A stretch of DNA of 64,000 nt from contig OZ024743.1 of assembly GCA_964016885.1 (NCBI GenBank), forward strand, positions 163,866,001 through 163,930,000, read 5' to 3'. Origin of the DNA: Eledone cirrhosa. Taxonomy: Eukaryota. The notes beneath the pieces are model-generated. The model was not told where the DNA came from and made no database searches. It was given only the letters and a program-made list of their open reading frames with translations. Below, one piece after another: positions 47,301 through 59,139 of the stretch (its first letter is position 1; each line of letters begins with the position of its first letter). The position numbers and the translations under genes are program-made.

Positions 47301-49636
47301 TCTCTGCGACCTGTCCCATTGAATTCTGGCAACGAATAACACATTAGCTAACTCCAGGATGCCAGAGCCAGATCAAGAAATGGAGGTAGCACAAGAAATT
47401 TTTCAGAAGTCAAACTATGATATTCAAGCCTTGCGTGACATTGCAGCAACACTTCTGGAAGGAAGAAGAACACACTCCATGTTTAAGCTGCCCATAGACT
47501 TCACACAGTATGAACAATTTTTTTGCAACATCAAGACCTCGCCCAAGGTCAAGCTTCTGTAAATATGCAAGATGATAATTTGGGATGAAGATACCATGAG
47601 CAGTTGAAGCCTTAGACTGGACAATAAGGGATCTGAGAGACAATACTTGCATAATGGTAGTTGTGACAATAGTTCTTGCTGGTGATTTCTGACAAACTCT
47701 GCCTGTAATTCCTCGAGGGACCCAAGCTGATCAGGTCAATGCCTATCTGAACACATCTTATTTCTGGACACTCTTGCAGTGACTGAGCCTTACAAACAAT
47801 ATGCGAGTGCATTTGACTGCTGATGAAGGTGTCAGTGAGTTTACCATACAGCTACTCAAACTGGGAAATGAAATTCTTGAAAAAGATTTCAACAACCAGA
47901 TTCAGTTGTCCTTTGGCCATATCACTGAAACAGAACAAGAACTGATTGTCTAAGTGTTTTTAAACATTCAGATCAGACAATGTGGTCCCCAATAGTTCTG
48001 TGGATAAGCAATCTTACCACTGAAAAATGTTGCTGCGAGAGAAATCAACAGAAAGCTACTGGACATGTTACCGGGAGAGAAAAGATGCTATAAATCAGTT
48101 GACACAATCACTTCCCAAGACCAGGTTGTAAATTATCCAACTAAATTTTGGGACAGTCTTGAACTAGCAGGAATTCCTCCACACAACCTGATACTGAAGC
48201 TTGGAGCATCAATTATACTGCTACTTAATCTGGATCTTCCAAAACTTTGCAATGACACAAGACTTATCATCAAAATTATTTTGCCCAATGTCTTAGAAGT
48301 CATAATCATGTCAGGAAAAGCTGCTGATGACAATTGTTTTATTCCCAGAATACCTCTGAAGGCAACTGATCTGCTATTTGAATTTCAAAGGCTTCAATTT
48401 CCTATCAGACTCAGTTTTGCCATGACCATCAATAAATGTTGAGTGCAATCATTAAAAGTCGTTGGGTTGAACCTGGCAGATCCTGTCTTTTCACTTGGTC
48501 AGCTCTATGTTGGTACTACAAGGGTTGGAAACCCTGATTGTCTCTTCATTATAGCACCACAGGGCAAAACCAAGAATATTGTTTATCCAGAGGCTTTGGA
48601 ATGAGCAATATCGTAATTCCTATTTTAATGACAAGGCACATAGATCCTAATTCCTTAGTCATGTAGTTTGTAAGGAATTCTGAAATTGCAAATTTACTAC
48701 ATAAGAATATGCAGGCATCCCCAGGTACCTCTGCTATATAAAGTAGTATAGTGGTAGCTAGAACTGTTAGAAATAGCATCCAAATTTCCTTCAAATCCCT
48801 CCCTACTCTCTCATGTAGATATGTATGAAACAAAAAGAAAAGGTTCTATGTGATATCTCGATCTATTAGAAATATAGGCAAAATTCCCCTCAAACCATAG
48901 CCAACTGTATTACACAAACGTGGATGCATACATACATGTGTGTGTATGTATGTTGTGGGGGCCACTATAATTTTTGGTACACCTGATAGAAATAGAAAAC
49001 AAATCCCCCTCAAACACAATCCTACTGCTTTCAAGGTAAAGGTAGGTGACAGCTACAGAGTAAAAACGTAATTGCACTTTCCTGAATTACAGAAATGAAT
49101 AAGTAAATGCTTCATCCATGAGCCAATGCTAACTTTATTTTTTTTTTTATTTTATTTTATTTTTTTTTATTTTATTTTATTTTATTTTATTTTATTTTAT
49201 TTTATTTTATTTTATTTTATTTTATTTTATTTTATTTTATTTTATTTTATTTTATTTTATTTTATTTTATTTTATTTAAGATTTTCAAAATAGTCTGTTT
49301 TGTTTTGAATTTTGGAGGTTCTGTTTGTGCAAAACAAAAAGAAGATAAATAAAAAGAATTCCAAATTTATTTTTCGTCAAGCCCTTTTCACTGACAACAT
49401 ATCTAATGATTTATCTATAGGCAAAACATTATATATGCTGACTGCAAAGTATTCAAAACTAATAATATTTTTATCTAGATAACTTGCATTGAATAAGCAA
49501 CAATGAAAACTTGCTATAGTTCCTATTTTAGTGAAAATATTGTAATCCTATTTTATTGGTCAAATATTTTGTAATATGTACCAAAATATATTGTTATTTT
49601 CATAAAATACTGGGTATTGCCAGGTACCTCTGCTAT
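44340..49636 (+). mobile_element. Decayed autonomous Helitron (Rep/PIF1 helicase pseudogene)
   Basis: Rep region: HRAYDSLQYPL, SSFMRGPRYM and the HUH motif E*QKRGLPHSH (~46212-46244). Helicase region: GRRTHSMFKLP, IIWDE, GDF*QTLPV, QFPIRLSFAMTINK and GQLYV. 3' end-like motifs lie at ~48745 and ~49636. The 5' boundary is uncertain. Confidence 0.9.
49141..49277. repeat. (TTTTA)n pentanucleotide microsatellite
   Basis: Direct reading. Confidence 0.95.
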
Positions 49637-49654
49637 ATATATATATATATATAT

Positions 49655-50109
49655 TGTTATGCTTTCGGAGGGTCATGTTGCCAATAAGAAACACACGCAC
49701 CAGTTGTTTTCACTTCAATTTATTATAAATTAAATTTATAAATTTAAGAATTTATAAATTTCCGGTTGGTTGGTTGGTTCCACAACCAGACGATTGTTCA
49801 TATGTTGTCAAAGTTCTTTCGTCACACATTCTGTGACCTCTTCAGTGACTGGGGATTCTTTTCTTTGTTTTTGTGCCTCTCCTTTGTTCTGTCCTACGCC
49901 ACCTTGTTTTTGTGTATGTTGTGTGCTTAGTTTGCGCATGTGTTACATCCGGGTGTCTGTGTGTGTTTATATTTGTTTATTTACATGTTACTGGTTGGTT
50001 GTTTGTCTATGTGTGTGTGTATTTTCATTTTGTCCTTAATTGTAAGTTGTGATGTTGCTATTCCATTCATGTTTTCTATTTAATTTTGGTTGGAGTTCAA
50101 AGCATAACA
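49655..50109 (-). mobile_element. Solo LTR (Gypsy-like), ~455 bp
   Basis: Inverted termini TGTTATGCTTT...AAAGCATAACA with ATAT on both sides (4-bp TSD), and AATAAA on the minus strand at ~49716-49721. Confidence 0.7.
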
Positions 50110-50192
50110 ATATCGATTTCAACACATGTTTTCAGATAAAGAATCTTGCTAAACAAATTCAGAAACGAAATATATATATATATATATATATA

Positions 50193-51594
50193 TTTGTGCC
50201 AGGAAAAGGCACCACTGATGCCCTCTTCCTTGTGAGGCAATTACAGGAAAAGTACCTAGCTAAAAGTAACCCACTCTACCTGGCATTCGTCGATCTGGAG
50301 AAAGCCTTTGACAGAGTTCCTCGTGCTATAATCTGGTGGGTTCTTAGAAAACTACGAGTAGATGAATGGCTTGTGAAACTGTACAAGCCATGTATAGGGG
50401 AGAAGTCAGCAAAGTTAGGATTAGCAATGAGTATAGCAAGGAATTTAGCGTACAGGTTGGGGTCCACCAGGGCTCTGTTCTTATCCCTCTACTGTTCATC
50501 ATAGTTTTGCAGGCAATAACGGAGGAGTTTAAGACCGGATGTCCATGGGAACTCCTGTATGCAGCTGAATCTATGGTAGAACTAGAGAAGAAATTCCAAA
50601 CATGGAAGCAAGGACTAGAAAGAAAGGGTCTCAAAGTCAACTTGACAAAAACTAGGTCCTTGTAAGTAGAGTAGAAAACAGAGCCCAGATCCCCTCAGTA
50701 TGTAGGAAAGGTTTAGGTAGGAACTGCATTCTCTGCCCCAAATGCAAACAATGGGTACACAAGAGATGTAGTGGGATCTCAGGAAGCTTAACTAAGAATG
50801 TAGGCTTCACATGTAGCACCTGCACTGGGACAGCAAGCAGCACACAGCCACAGGAAACAAGCAGCACCAAACTCTGGGAGGGCTCTGTAGAAACAGTAGA
50901 CAGCTTCTGCTACCTAGGTGACCGAAGTAGCAGCGGAGGTGGGTGTTCGGAAAGTACAATAACTAGGGTTAGAATGGGATGGAAGAAGTTCAGGGAGCTA
51001 CTACCACTGCTAGCTTCAAAAGGCTTTTCCCTCAAAATGAAAGAGGAATCAAATGCTGTGTGCAGGAGAGGCGGTTGCGTTGGTATGGACATGTGATTCA
51101 TATGAAGGACGACAGCTGCATAAAAAGGTGCAGAACACTAGAAGTTGATGGAAACTGCGGAGTGGGGAGACCCAATAAGACCTGGGATGAGGTGATAAAA
51201 ACCGACCTTACCCAATTACACCTCTCAAAGGTGATGACACATGACCGTGACCTCTGGCATCACGCAGTAATACAGAGTACCCGACCCCCCACAGGAACAA
51301 GCTGAAGCATATAGACAATATGCCCCCTCCCACTGCAAAGTGATCGTGGAGGTGCCATGGCAAAAAAGCACCCAGCGCACACTGTAAAATGGACGTGTAG
51401 GCACCACGGAAAAAATCACCCAGCACTCACTGTAAATGAGGTTGGTGTTAGGAGGGGCATCCAGCTGTAGAAATCAAGCCAGAATCAGTTCCCGTATGAG
51501 CAAGACAAGGTCAGCCGTCCGGACACTGCCCACTACAGGACAACCCGTCTAACCCATGCTAGCATGGAAGAACGGACGTAAAACGGTGATGATG
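50193..51594 (+). mobile_element. RTE LINE (subfamily A), 5'-truncated with internal deletions
   Basis: FVPGKGTTDALF..DLEKAFDRV, GVHQGS, a partial finger, GRPNKTWDEV, the 3' UTR and (GAT)n. (TA)n lies on both sides. Confidence 0.92.
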
Positions 51595-52379
51595 ATATAT
51601 ATATATAAATATACATATATATATGTGTGAGTGTGTGTCGGGTTCAATCAGGGGTAACCACAGGAAGGTACTCAATACATAGCAGAGCATAAATATTTAA
51701 TATAGAAATGGCTTCTACAAGACTAGAACTGTTTCATTCGAAGGAAATCATCAAAAGAGATTGATGTATAATATATAACGATGATGTGGACTTTGTCAAT
51801 ATCACAGGAAACCATGTATCTAATATTTTGCTGAGAATAATATAATTTGGTTTAAAAGAATCATAGAAACAGAATACGTATTCTACTTACACTGCCACCA
51901 AGTTTTTACAAAACCTGTATGGTACCATTGCATAGAGCAAAAATCATCAACATTTATCGTTGATTAACATCAGCAAATGCTGAAGCCAAAAGCTGCAATC
52001 ATTAGCAGATACCTTGAAATTCTAGAAAATATTAGTTCCCAAAGAACGGGAGGCCAGCCATTGCTCAGGCAATATTATATATATATTTTTTCAATGTGGT
52101 CTACACTTGGTGGTAGGGTCCCTACGATAGATAGAACTCAATGTAATCTGATGGCGAGTAATCCAGTGAAATCCATAGAAAGGTTGATTGAATCTGTATA
52201 TGAAGTCTGATAGTAAAAAGTTATATAACTGCTATAGATCAGTCAATATGTCGGTATGATCAACCCTTCGAAACGATCGTAAAATAATGATATGAATAGG
52301 TAAAATAACTCGACCTTGTTGTTATTATTTTCATTGTTAAATTAATACCTTATATATATATATGTGTATATATATGTAA

Positions 52380-52531
52380 TCATCATCACCGTTTTACGTC
52401 CGTTATTCCACGCTAGCATGGGTTAGACGGGTTGTCCTGTTGTGGGCAGTGTCTAGTCGGCTGACCTTGTCTTGCTCATACGGGAACTGATTCTGGCTTG
52501 ATTTCTACAGATGGATGCCCTTCCTAACACA
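52380..52531 (-). mobile_element. RTE subfamily A extreme 3' tail only
   Basis: Matches window positions 1-128 plus the (CAT)n tail. Confidence 0.9.
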
Positions 52532-52695
52532 CACACATATATATATATATAAAAGAAATAAGATTTCGCTTCACGCATAGCTTTATATAATATGTATAGA
52601 AATACGGTTTTAGGAAGCCGTAGCTATGCAAACACCGGGAGGGGGGGGGGGGTGCTAATGCCCTCTGGTGGTGTCCAGCAGAAGCAAGGAGGACA

Positions 52696-52739
52696 ACCGT
52701 CTATGCATTTTAGGCTTGACTGGCCTTCGTCAGGACGGT
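52696..52739 (-). ncRNA. Minimal type I hammerhead-like motif (G12A variant)
   Basis: Minus strand reads ACCGTC CTGACGA AGGC cagtcaa GCCT AAAA TGCA TA GACGGT. It has a 6-bp stem I, a 4-bp stem II and palindromic stem III ATGCAT; GAAA is read as AAAA. Confidence 0.7.
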
Positions 52740-53030
52740 CCCTCCCACCGCTTGCCACTGCCGGACTTGAAAACAGTCGAGAATATATAGTTTTCTCGTC
52801 TGTGTGCAGCTTCATATGCAAATGAGATTAATCACCTCATTTACTGTATCCATTCATGCATGCAAACATACATATATAAACACACACACAAGCACAAGCA
52901 TATATATATATATATGGAATGTAGAAAAGTGACATACAAGTTGATATATATAAAAACAAATAATAAAAAGGAAAAAATTCAGTAGAAAATGCTGGAGGGA
53001 TTTTTTCAGTATAATATCAAAACATTTTTT

Positions 53031-53160
53031 TGGCAGTATCGGTAGAGGGTCGGACGCCATGCTTTGACGTATAGAGTTACGGCCCTTGCCATTCTGAGTT
53101 CAAATCCCATCGAGGTTAACTTTCCCTTTCATCCTTACGGGGTCGATAAAATAAAGTACC
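53031..53160 (+). mobile_element. Meta-like tRNA SINE, 3'-truncated
   Basis: tggcagtatcggtagagggtcggacgcc..gagttcaaatccc..ccttacggggtcgataaaataaagtacc. Confidence 0.85.
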
Positions 53161-53790
53161 ATGTGCAAAGTGCAGTTAAGATGCATATTTATACGAATTA
53201 TAATAAAATGGGGAAGAAAAATGATTAGTTTTTACATTGACATTTAGAGGAAAGTTCATGTCTCTGTTCAAGGTTATCTTTTGTTCTCTGTTAGTTGGCC
53301 AGCAGAGGTGGTAGTAGTTTTAAATTTTTGGTTCTGACTGCTGGTTTCCACAGGTAGTAGTGGGGGGAGAAGTGGGTTAGGGGGGAGAAGAAGACATGAG
53401 ATAGGTGTGGTAGCAATCTGTTGTGGTGATAGTCACTTTCAATAAAGGCTACAAAGGCTAGCTGGGCATGGGATTGGCTTGAATTGTTGAATGACGTTAG
53501 AGTTGACTGGGGAAGTAATTGTTCCTGTCTGAAATGCTGGCATTCTTAAATCTCAGAAATAGTCAACATAGACTTTATAATTTTGCCACAAAAAGATTCA
53601 GAATTACCAGATTCAGGTAAATCATTGATTCTATTTTGATTCTATTACGCTGAAAAAGCATATAATGCTGAAACTGGTACCACTATTAAATGCAGAAATA
53701 CCCACTTTATAAATAAATGTTTTGATATTATACTGAAAAAATCCCTCCAGCATTTTCTACTGAATTTTTTTCCTTTTTACTATATATATA

Positions 53791-54158
53791 TGGAGGCACA
53801 TGGCTTAGTGGTTAGAGCATTGGCCTTGCAATCGAAAGGTTGTGAGTTCAATTCTCAGACCGGGTGATGTGTTGTTTCCTTGAGCAAGACACTTTATTTC
53901 ACATTGTTCCAGTTTACTCAGCTGTAGAAATGAGATGATAGGGACTCGGGTCCCTATCATTCCACTGCAAAGTGGTCGTGGGGGTGCCACGCAAAAAAAG
54001 CACCCAGCCCACACTGTAAAGTGGACGTGTAGGCGCCACGGAAAAAAGCACCCAGCACTCATTGTAAATGAGGAGGGCATCCAGCTGTAGAAATCAAGCC
54101 AGAATCAGTTCCCGTCCCACCCTTGCAAGCAGGGAAAAGTGGACGTAAAATGAAATGA
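53791..54158 (+). mobile_element. tRNA/CORE-like SINE with RTE tail
   Basis: Sense-orientation copy that retains an extra RTE 3' UTR subrepeat. Confidence 0.9.
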
Positions 54159-54166
54159 TATATATA

Positions 54167-55474
54167 CTAGCAGCTGAGCCCGGTTGCCACTTTTTATTAA
54201 GTTAATAATTTGAAAAATATTGAAAGTTTATTATAAAGAAGCAGTTTCAGGGAAAAAAATAGAAATATGCTCTTGGGGCTGGACGGCGTACAATGAGAAG
54301 TGGAGCGACGTGAAAAGCGTTGTTTATTAACAGCGAAATAGCAATGTCGATGATATGTAAGTTTGAAAATGCAAATTATGAAGGTTTGTATGATAGTTTA
54401 CACTTTGATTGCCCTGGTCAGCAAGAGAGGCCTCTATATATTAGACGTTTATTAGAAGAGGGGGAAATAACTAACCCCAGTATTAGAACAGGGGGTTCGC
54501 AATGTAAGGGTTTTATTTCTTTTGTTAGAAAACAGTGACCTTTTTCGGTTTGGCATTTCGTAAAATTTTACTGCAGAATTGATTTCATAAAACGGTACTG
54601 TATGATCGTTATAGAAGTATTTAAATTTAATTTAGAGCAACTGTAATTGAAAAATGAAAATGAAACGTACTGTAGAAGGCAACAGTTTATTAACAGCGAA
54701 ATAACGTTGTCTTTGATATGTTATTTTAAATAAGACAATGAATATTAAAAAAAAAACTGAATTAATTAACTCGGCAACCAAAGGCCTTATAGATCCCATT
54801 CCTTAAGTTTACAATGAATATTTTTAAAAAACTGATTGAATTAACTCGGCAACCCAAAGGCTTATAGATCCCATTCATTAATTTTACATGCATGTATTCT
54901 TTAAACTTTTCATTTGACTTTGAAAAATACTACTTACTGTTAGTGGTGGTTAACATGTATTAGAATTAAAATAAAAATGATATCGGAAAAAACATACCTG
55001 AGAACACGCTTCCCTTTTTCGCAATTTAAGGGTTTTATTTCTTTTGATGGAAAACTGACCGTTTTCGGTTTGGCATTTCGTAAAATGGTACTACAGAATC
55101 GATTTCATAAAACGGTACTGTATGTTAACAGCAAAAGAACGTTGTGTTTGCTATGTTATGAAAAAATTGATGAGTTTAAAAATTTGTATGAAATTGTAAA
55201 TAAGACAATGAATATTGAAAGCGACTACGGAAAATAACTCATCCAAGTATTAGAACAGGGGGAAATAACTCACCGAAAGCGATAGTAAATAGACCGGTTT
55301 GGGGCCCTAGGGACCACATTTTTTAAGTTATAGATTTGAAACCTCATCTATTTGCTTTCTTGGCACTTTTTACATAGGTGTGTAAATTTTCATGTCCGTC
55401 CGACCACGTCTACTACCATTTAACCTTGCACAACTGAATTTCAACCAACACCCATTTCACAAATATATATTAGA
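54167..55474 (-). mobile_element. Non-autonomous Helitron with internal duplications
   Basis: Minus strand starts A|TCTAAT at 55474 and ends CTAG|T at 54167 with a GC-rich subterminal segment. Duplicated blocks occur at 54500-54600 vs 55020-55120 and 54750-54810 vs 54825-54885. Confidence 0.65.
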
Positions 55475-55491
55475 TATATATAAATATATAT

Positions 55492-55838
55492 ATCATCATC
55501 ATCATCATCATTTCATTTTACGTCCGCTTTTCCCTGCTAGCAAGGGTGGGACGGGAACTGATTCTGGCTTGATTTCTACAGCTGGATGCCCTTCCTAACA
55601 CCAACCTCATTTACAGTGAGTGCTGGGTGCTTTTATGCCGTGGCACCTCCACGACCACTTTGCAGTGGAATGATATGGACCCCAGTCCTATCATCTCATT
55701 TCTACAGCTGAGTAAACTGGAGCAATGTGAAATAAAGTGTCTTGCTCAAGGAAACAACACATCACCCGGTCTGAGAATTGAACTCACAACCTTTTGATTG
55801 CAAGGCCAATGCTCTAACCACTAAGCTATGTGCCTCCA
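55492..55838 (-). mobile_element. tRNA/CORE-like SINE with RTE tail
   Basis: Near-identical to the other copies. Confidence 0.9.
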
Positions 55839-55994
55839 TATATATATATATAGGTATATCCACACATTGATTCTTTGTTCCTTTATTTTTATACTATATA
55901 TATATATTTACACATACACACAAACTACTGACCAAATAATTTTTGGTATCAATGGGTTAAAGACATCTGTCAAATCAATTAGTGGTGAATGTGG

Positions 55995-56027
<33 letters not shown>

Positions 56028-56299
56028 GTATATATATATACATACACACACACATGTGTATATATATATATCCAATGTCAATTTAATCCCTAGGGATTTT
56101 TGTACAAGTTGAAAACATGTTATATATATATATATAGAGATAAAAAAAAACATGGGTGTGTATGATTGTGTATAGAAGATTATATTAATAAGAGGAATTC
56201 CAACTTTGTCTGATTTACTCGTTTTATTTACAATCCTTTAAAATTTATAATGGTATTATAATGAAATAGTATGATAAATATTAAATGTTAAGTGTTAAT

Positions 56300-56338
56300 T
56301 GAACAAGTACTTTCATGCTTTCGCAATCTTCAGGTTCA
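56300..56338 (-). ncRNA. Minimal type I hammerhead ribozyme in the PLE 3' pseudo-LTR
   Basis: Minus strand reads TGAAC CTGAAGA tTGC gaaa GCAt GAAA GTAC TT GTTCA. It has a 5-bp stem I, a GNRA-capped stem II and palindromic stem III AGTACT. Confidence 0.85.
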
Positions 56339-56723
56339 TAATGTGTGGTGACAGTCAAGTTTGCAATTTTCAACTGTAATGAGATGGGTAAATTTTGTAC
56401 CTTATATACAGTGAAAAGTGGCTCCAGAATGCTAAATCTTGCAAACTGTATTTCGACCAATCGGTGTGTAGTTTCACTGAATTACTAAAGCTGATTGGTT
56501 TAGGCGTCACGGTTGGTTGAGCATGTCTAACGACCACTAATTGAGCCTATCCAAAGCATCAATTGTTTTGCTATTTTTAGAAATGATGAAAATAGCATTT
56601 TCTAGTAATCATCACCATCAACATAACTTTTATTATTATTATTATTGTTGTTGTTATTGTTAGTGGTCGTAGTCGACATGGTCGTAGTCATAGTCATAGT
56701 AGAAGTAATACCTCTAAGCATTA

Positions 56724-57434
56724 TTATTGTTCATTTAGCTTGGGTTTGAATTTATCAATAAAATTCTTTTCTTTAATTTTTCTCTTGATTTCACTTGGGC
56801 TGTGTAATTTGTAGAATGGGAATATTATAAATATTCCCTGACCACATGTTGCTAGATAGTTACTTAGGGGTATCTGACGGACATTTGGGTCTCTGATTTG
56901 CTGATGGTGTACCCGTGCACGTTCCGATAGTGCATTTCCAGTTTGACCGACATATAGTTCTTCACAATTCGGGCATTTAATGCAGTAAATTAGATTTCTG
57001 CTTTTGCAGTTCATATTTGCATTTGGGAATATTTTTCCAGTTTTTGTGTTCATATATTGACCAGTATGTATGGATTGACATGTGCCACATCGACTATCAT
57101 TGCATTTAGATACAGTGAATGATTGGTCTTTGTTGTTAAGGTCAAACTTTGCTTTTGTTAGTAATTGCTTCAAATTTTTCGGCTGCCTTTTACTAAGAGT
57201 CAAAGATCGATCTGTGATTAAGCCTTTTAATTCATTACTTTGAGCAATGATCGGTAGGTTTGCTTTGGCAGTGTTGAAGATATTCTGGTGACATGGGTTG
57301 TGTGTCATTATAAATGGTATGACCAGTTCTTGGTTTCTTCTTCCTTGGGTTGTCCTAAGTTGTTGTATAGGTATTTTTATAGCCCGCTGTATGCCATTTT
57401 CTATAAGTAGAGATGGGTATTTTTGTTTGAGCAA
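56724..57434 (-). CDS. PLE C-terminal linker and GIY-YIG endonuclease (pseudogene fragment)
   Basis: NLIYCIKCPNCEELYVGQTGNALSERARVH..KEKNFI..FKPKLN. Confidence 0.85.
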   Translation of the reverse strand: MLKQKYPSLLIENGIQRAIKIPIQQLRTTQGRRNQELVIPFIMTHNPCHQNIFNTAKANLPIIAQSNELKGLITDRSLTLSKRQPKNLKQLLTKAKFDLNNKDQSFTVSKCNDSRCGTCQSIHTGQYMNTKTGKIFPNANMNCKSRNLIYCIKCPNCEELYVGQTGNALSERARVHHQQIRDPNVRQIPLSNYLATCGQGIFIIFPFYKLHSPSEIKRKIKEKNFIDKFKPKLNEQ

Positions 57435-59139
57435 AAATTCTTAGTTCTGTTAGGCGTTTGTACCTGGTATTCGTATCTTCTACAATGGTACAAATTCTTC
57501 TGGCTAGGCAGTATGGGATGTTGCGTTTTGTATGAGGTGGATGGCATGACTTAAAATTCAGATATTGATGGGTGTCTGTGTGTTTATAATATATATCCGT
57601 GGTAATGGTGGTGTCGTTTTTGATTATCATTATATCTAGGAATGGTAATTTGGTCCTACTCATCTCTTTTGTGAATTGGAGAGATGAGTGTAGGTTATTC
57701 AGGAGGATATTGAACTCATCCAGAGTATCTAGAGATTCTGTCCAGATGATGAAACAGTCGTCAAGGTATCTCTTCCAAGATTTTTCAATGTACTTTCTAA
57801 AGTCAGTACTATATTTTTTCTATATACCTTAGTAGAGTTGTTGTTCTAAGTATCCCATTACAGAGTTCGCGTAAACAGGAGCAAACTTCGTTCTCATCGC
57901 TGTGCCTCTAATTTAGATGTAATTCTTTCCATTGAAGAAGAAAGTGTTGTTTTCCAGAATAAGTGTAACTGTGTCAAATATAAATGGCGCTGTGAATCGG
58001 ATGGGAATCACTTCTCTATGTTTTTCCACCCAGTATTTAACCGCCTTTATTCCTAAATCATGTGTAATGTTGGTGTAAAGGCTTACCACATCAAAACTAA
58101 GTAGAAGTGAATTCGTTTCCGTGGTTTTGGGAAGATGGGACAGGAAGTCGATATCATCCCGGATGAAACTGGGTATGTGAATACATAGTGGTTTTAAAAT
58201 AATGTCAACAAAATTGCTTAGACGTAGGTGGGGCATGTTGGACCAGCTATAATAGGTCTAAGTTTTAAGTCTTTTGGGTGTAGTAATTTAATGTACTCAC
58301 TGTTTTGTTCTCTTACTGCCAGTTGTATTTCTTTTGACTTATGAACTTTTGGTAGGCCATACAGATTGCTGGGTTTTGGCTCAAAATTGGTGATGTAATC
58401 TCTTTCCTTATCAGTAAGTGAGTTGTGGTATTTTGAACCCAGGTTGTTGATCTTCTTCATGATGTTGTGGTCTATATTTGACGGTATTTCATGATAGAAT
58501 GTTGTGTCTTTCAGTTGTTCCTCAACCAAATCCTTGTAGTATTCAGCATCCATTATAACAACTGCACCCCCTTTATTTGCTTGTTTAATTATTATTGTTT
58601 TATCATTTTGTATACGTTTAAGTGCAGACATTTCTGATTTGTTAATGTTTGGCCTAACATTAGTATTACGTCTAAGAGGAAATTTAGACAGGATGTCAAT
58701 GTATTGGTCGAGATAGATATTTCTTCCTTTTGGCGGAGTGAAATTTAATTTATTCTTTACTAGTGATTCATCACTCTCATTACTTTTATCAGTGAAGAAT
58801 TCTACAAGACGTAATTTTCGACAGAATTCTTGGGTATCCTCTTTCAGTTCTTGGTGGTTGACTGTTGGAGTCGGTGTGAATTTCAGTCCTTTTGACAGAA
58901 TTTGCATTTCATCATTGTCAAGATCTCTTTTAGATAAATTAATTATTTTAGGATCTACGTGTACAGTTGTTTTGGGTATGTTTCCTCCTGGAGTTTTTCT
59001 TTTTCCGGTTTTTGTTGTCCTGACGTTAAAAAATGGATTTTTCTCTGTTCAGGATTTATATTCTTGTTGGTGTTTGCTTGAACTTTTGGTCGTGATATTA
59101 TATTTGGTTTGGTTACGTATTTTGTCCTATTTTTGGTAT

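Noticed and set aside
53791-53865. tRNA gene (tRNA-Cys-like head)
   Set aside because: A and B boxes are present but the cloverleaf stems are broken, and it continues into a multi-copy SINE body.
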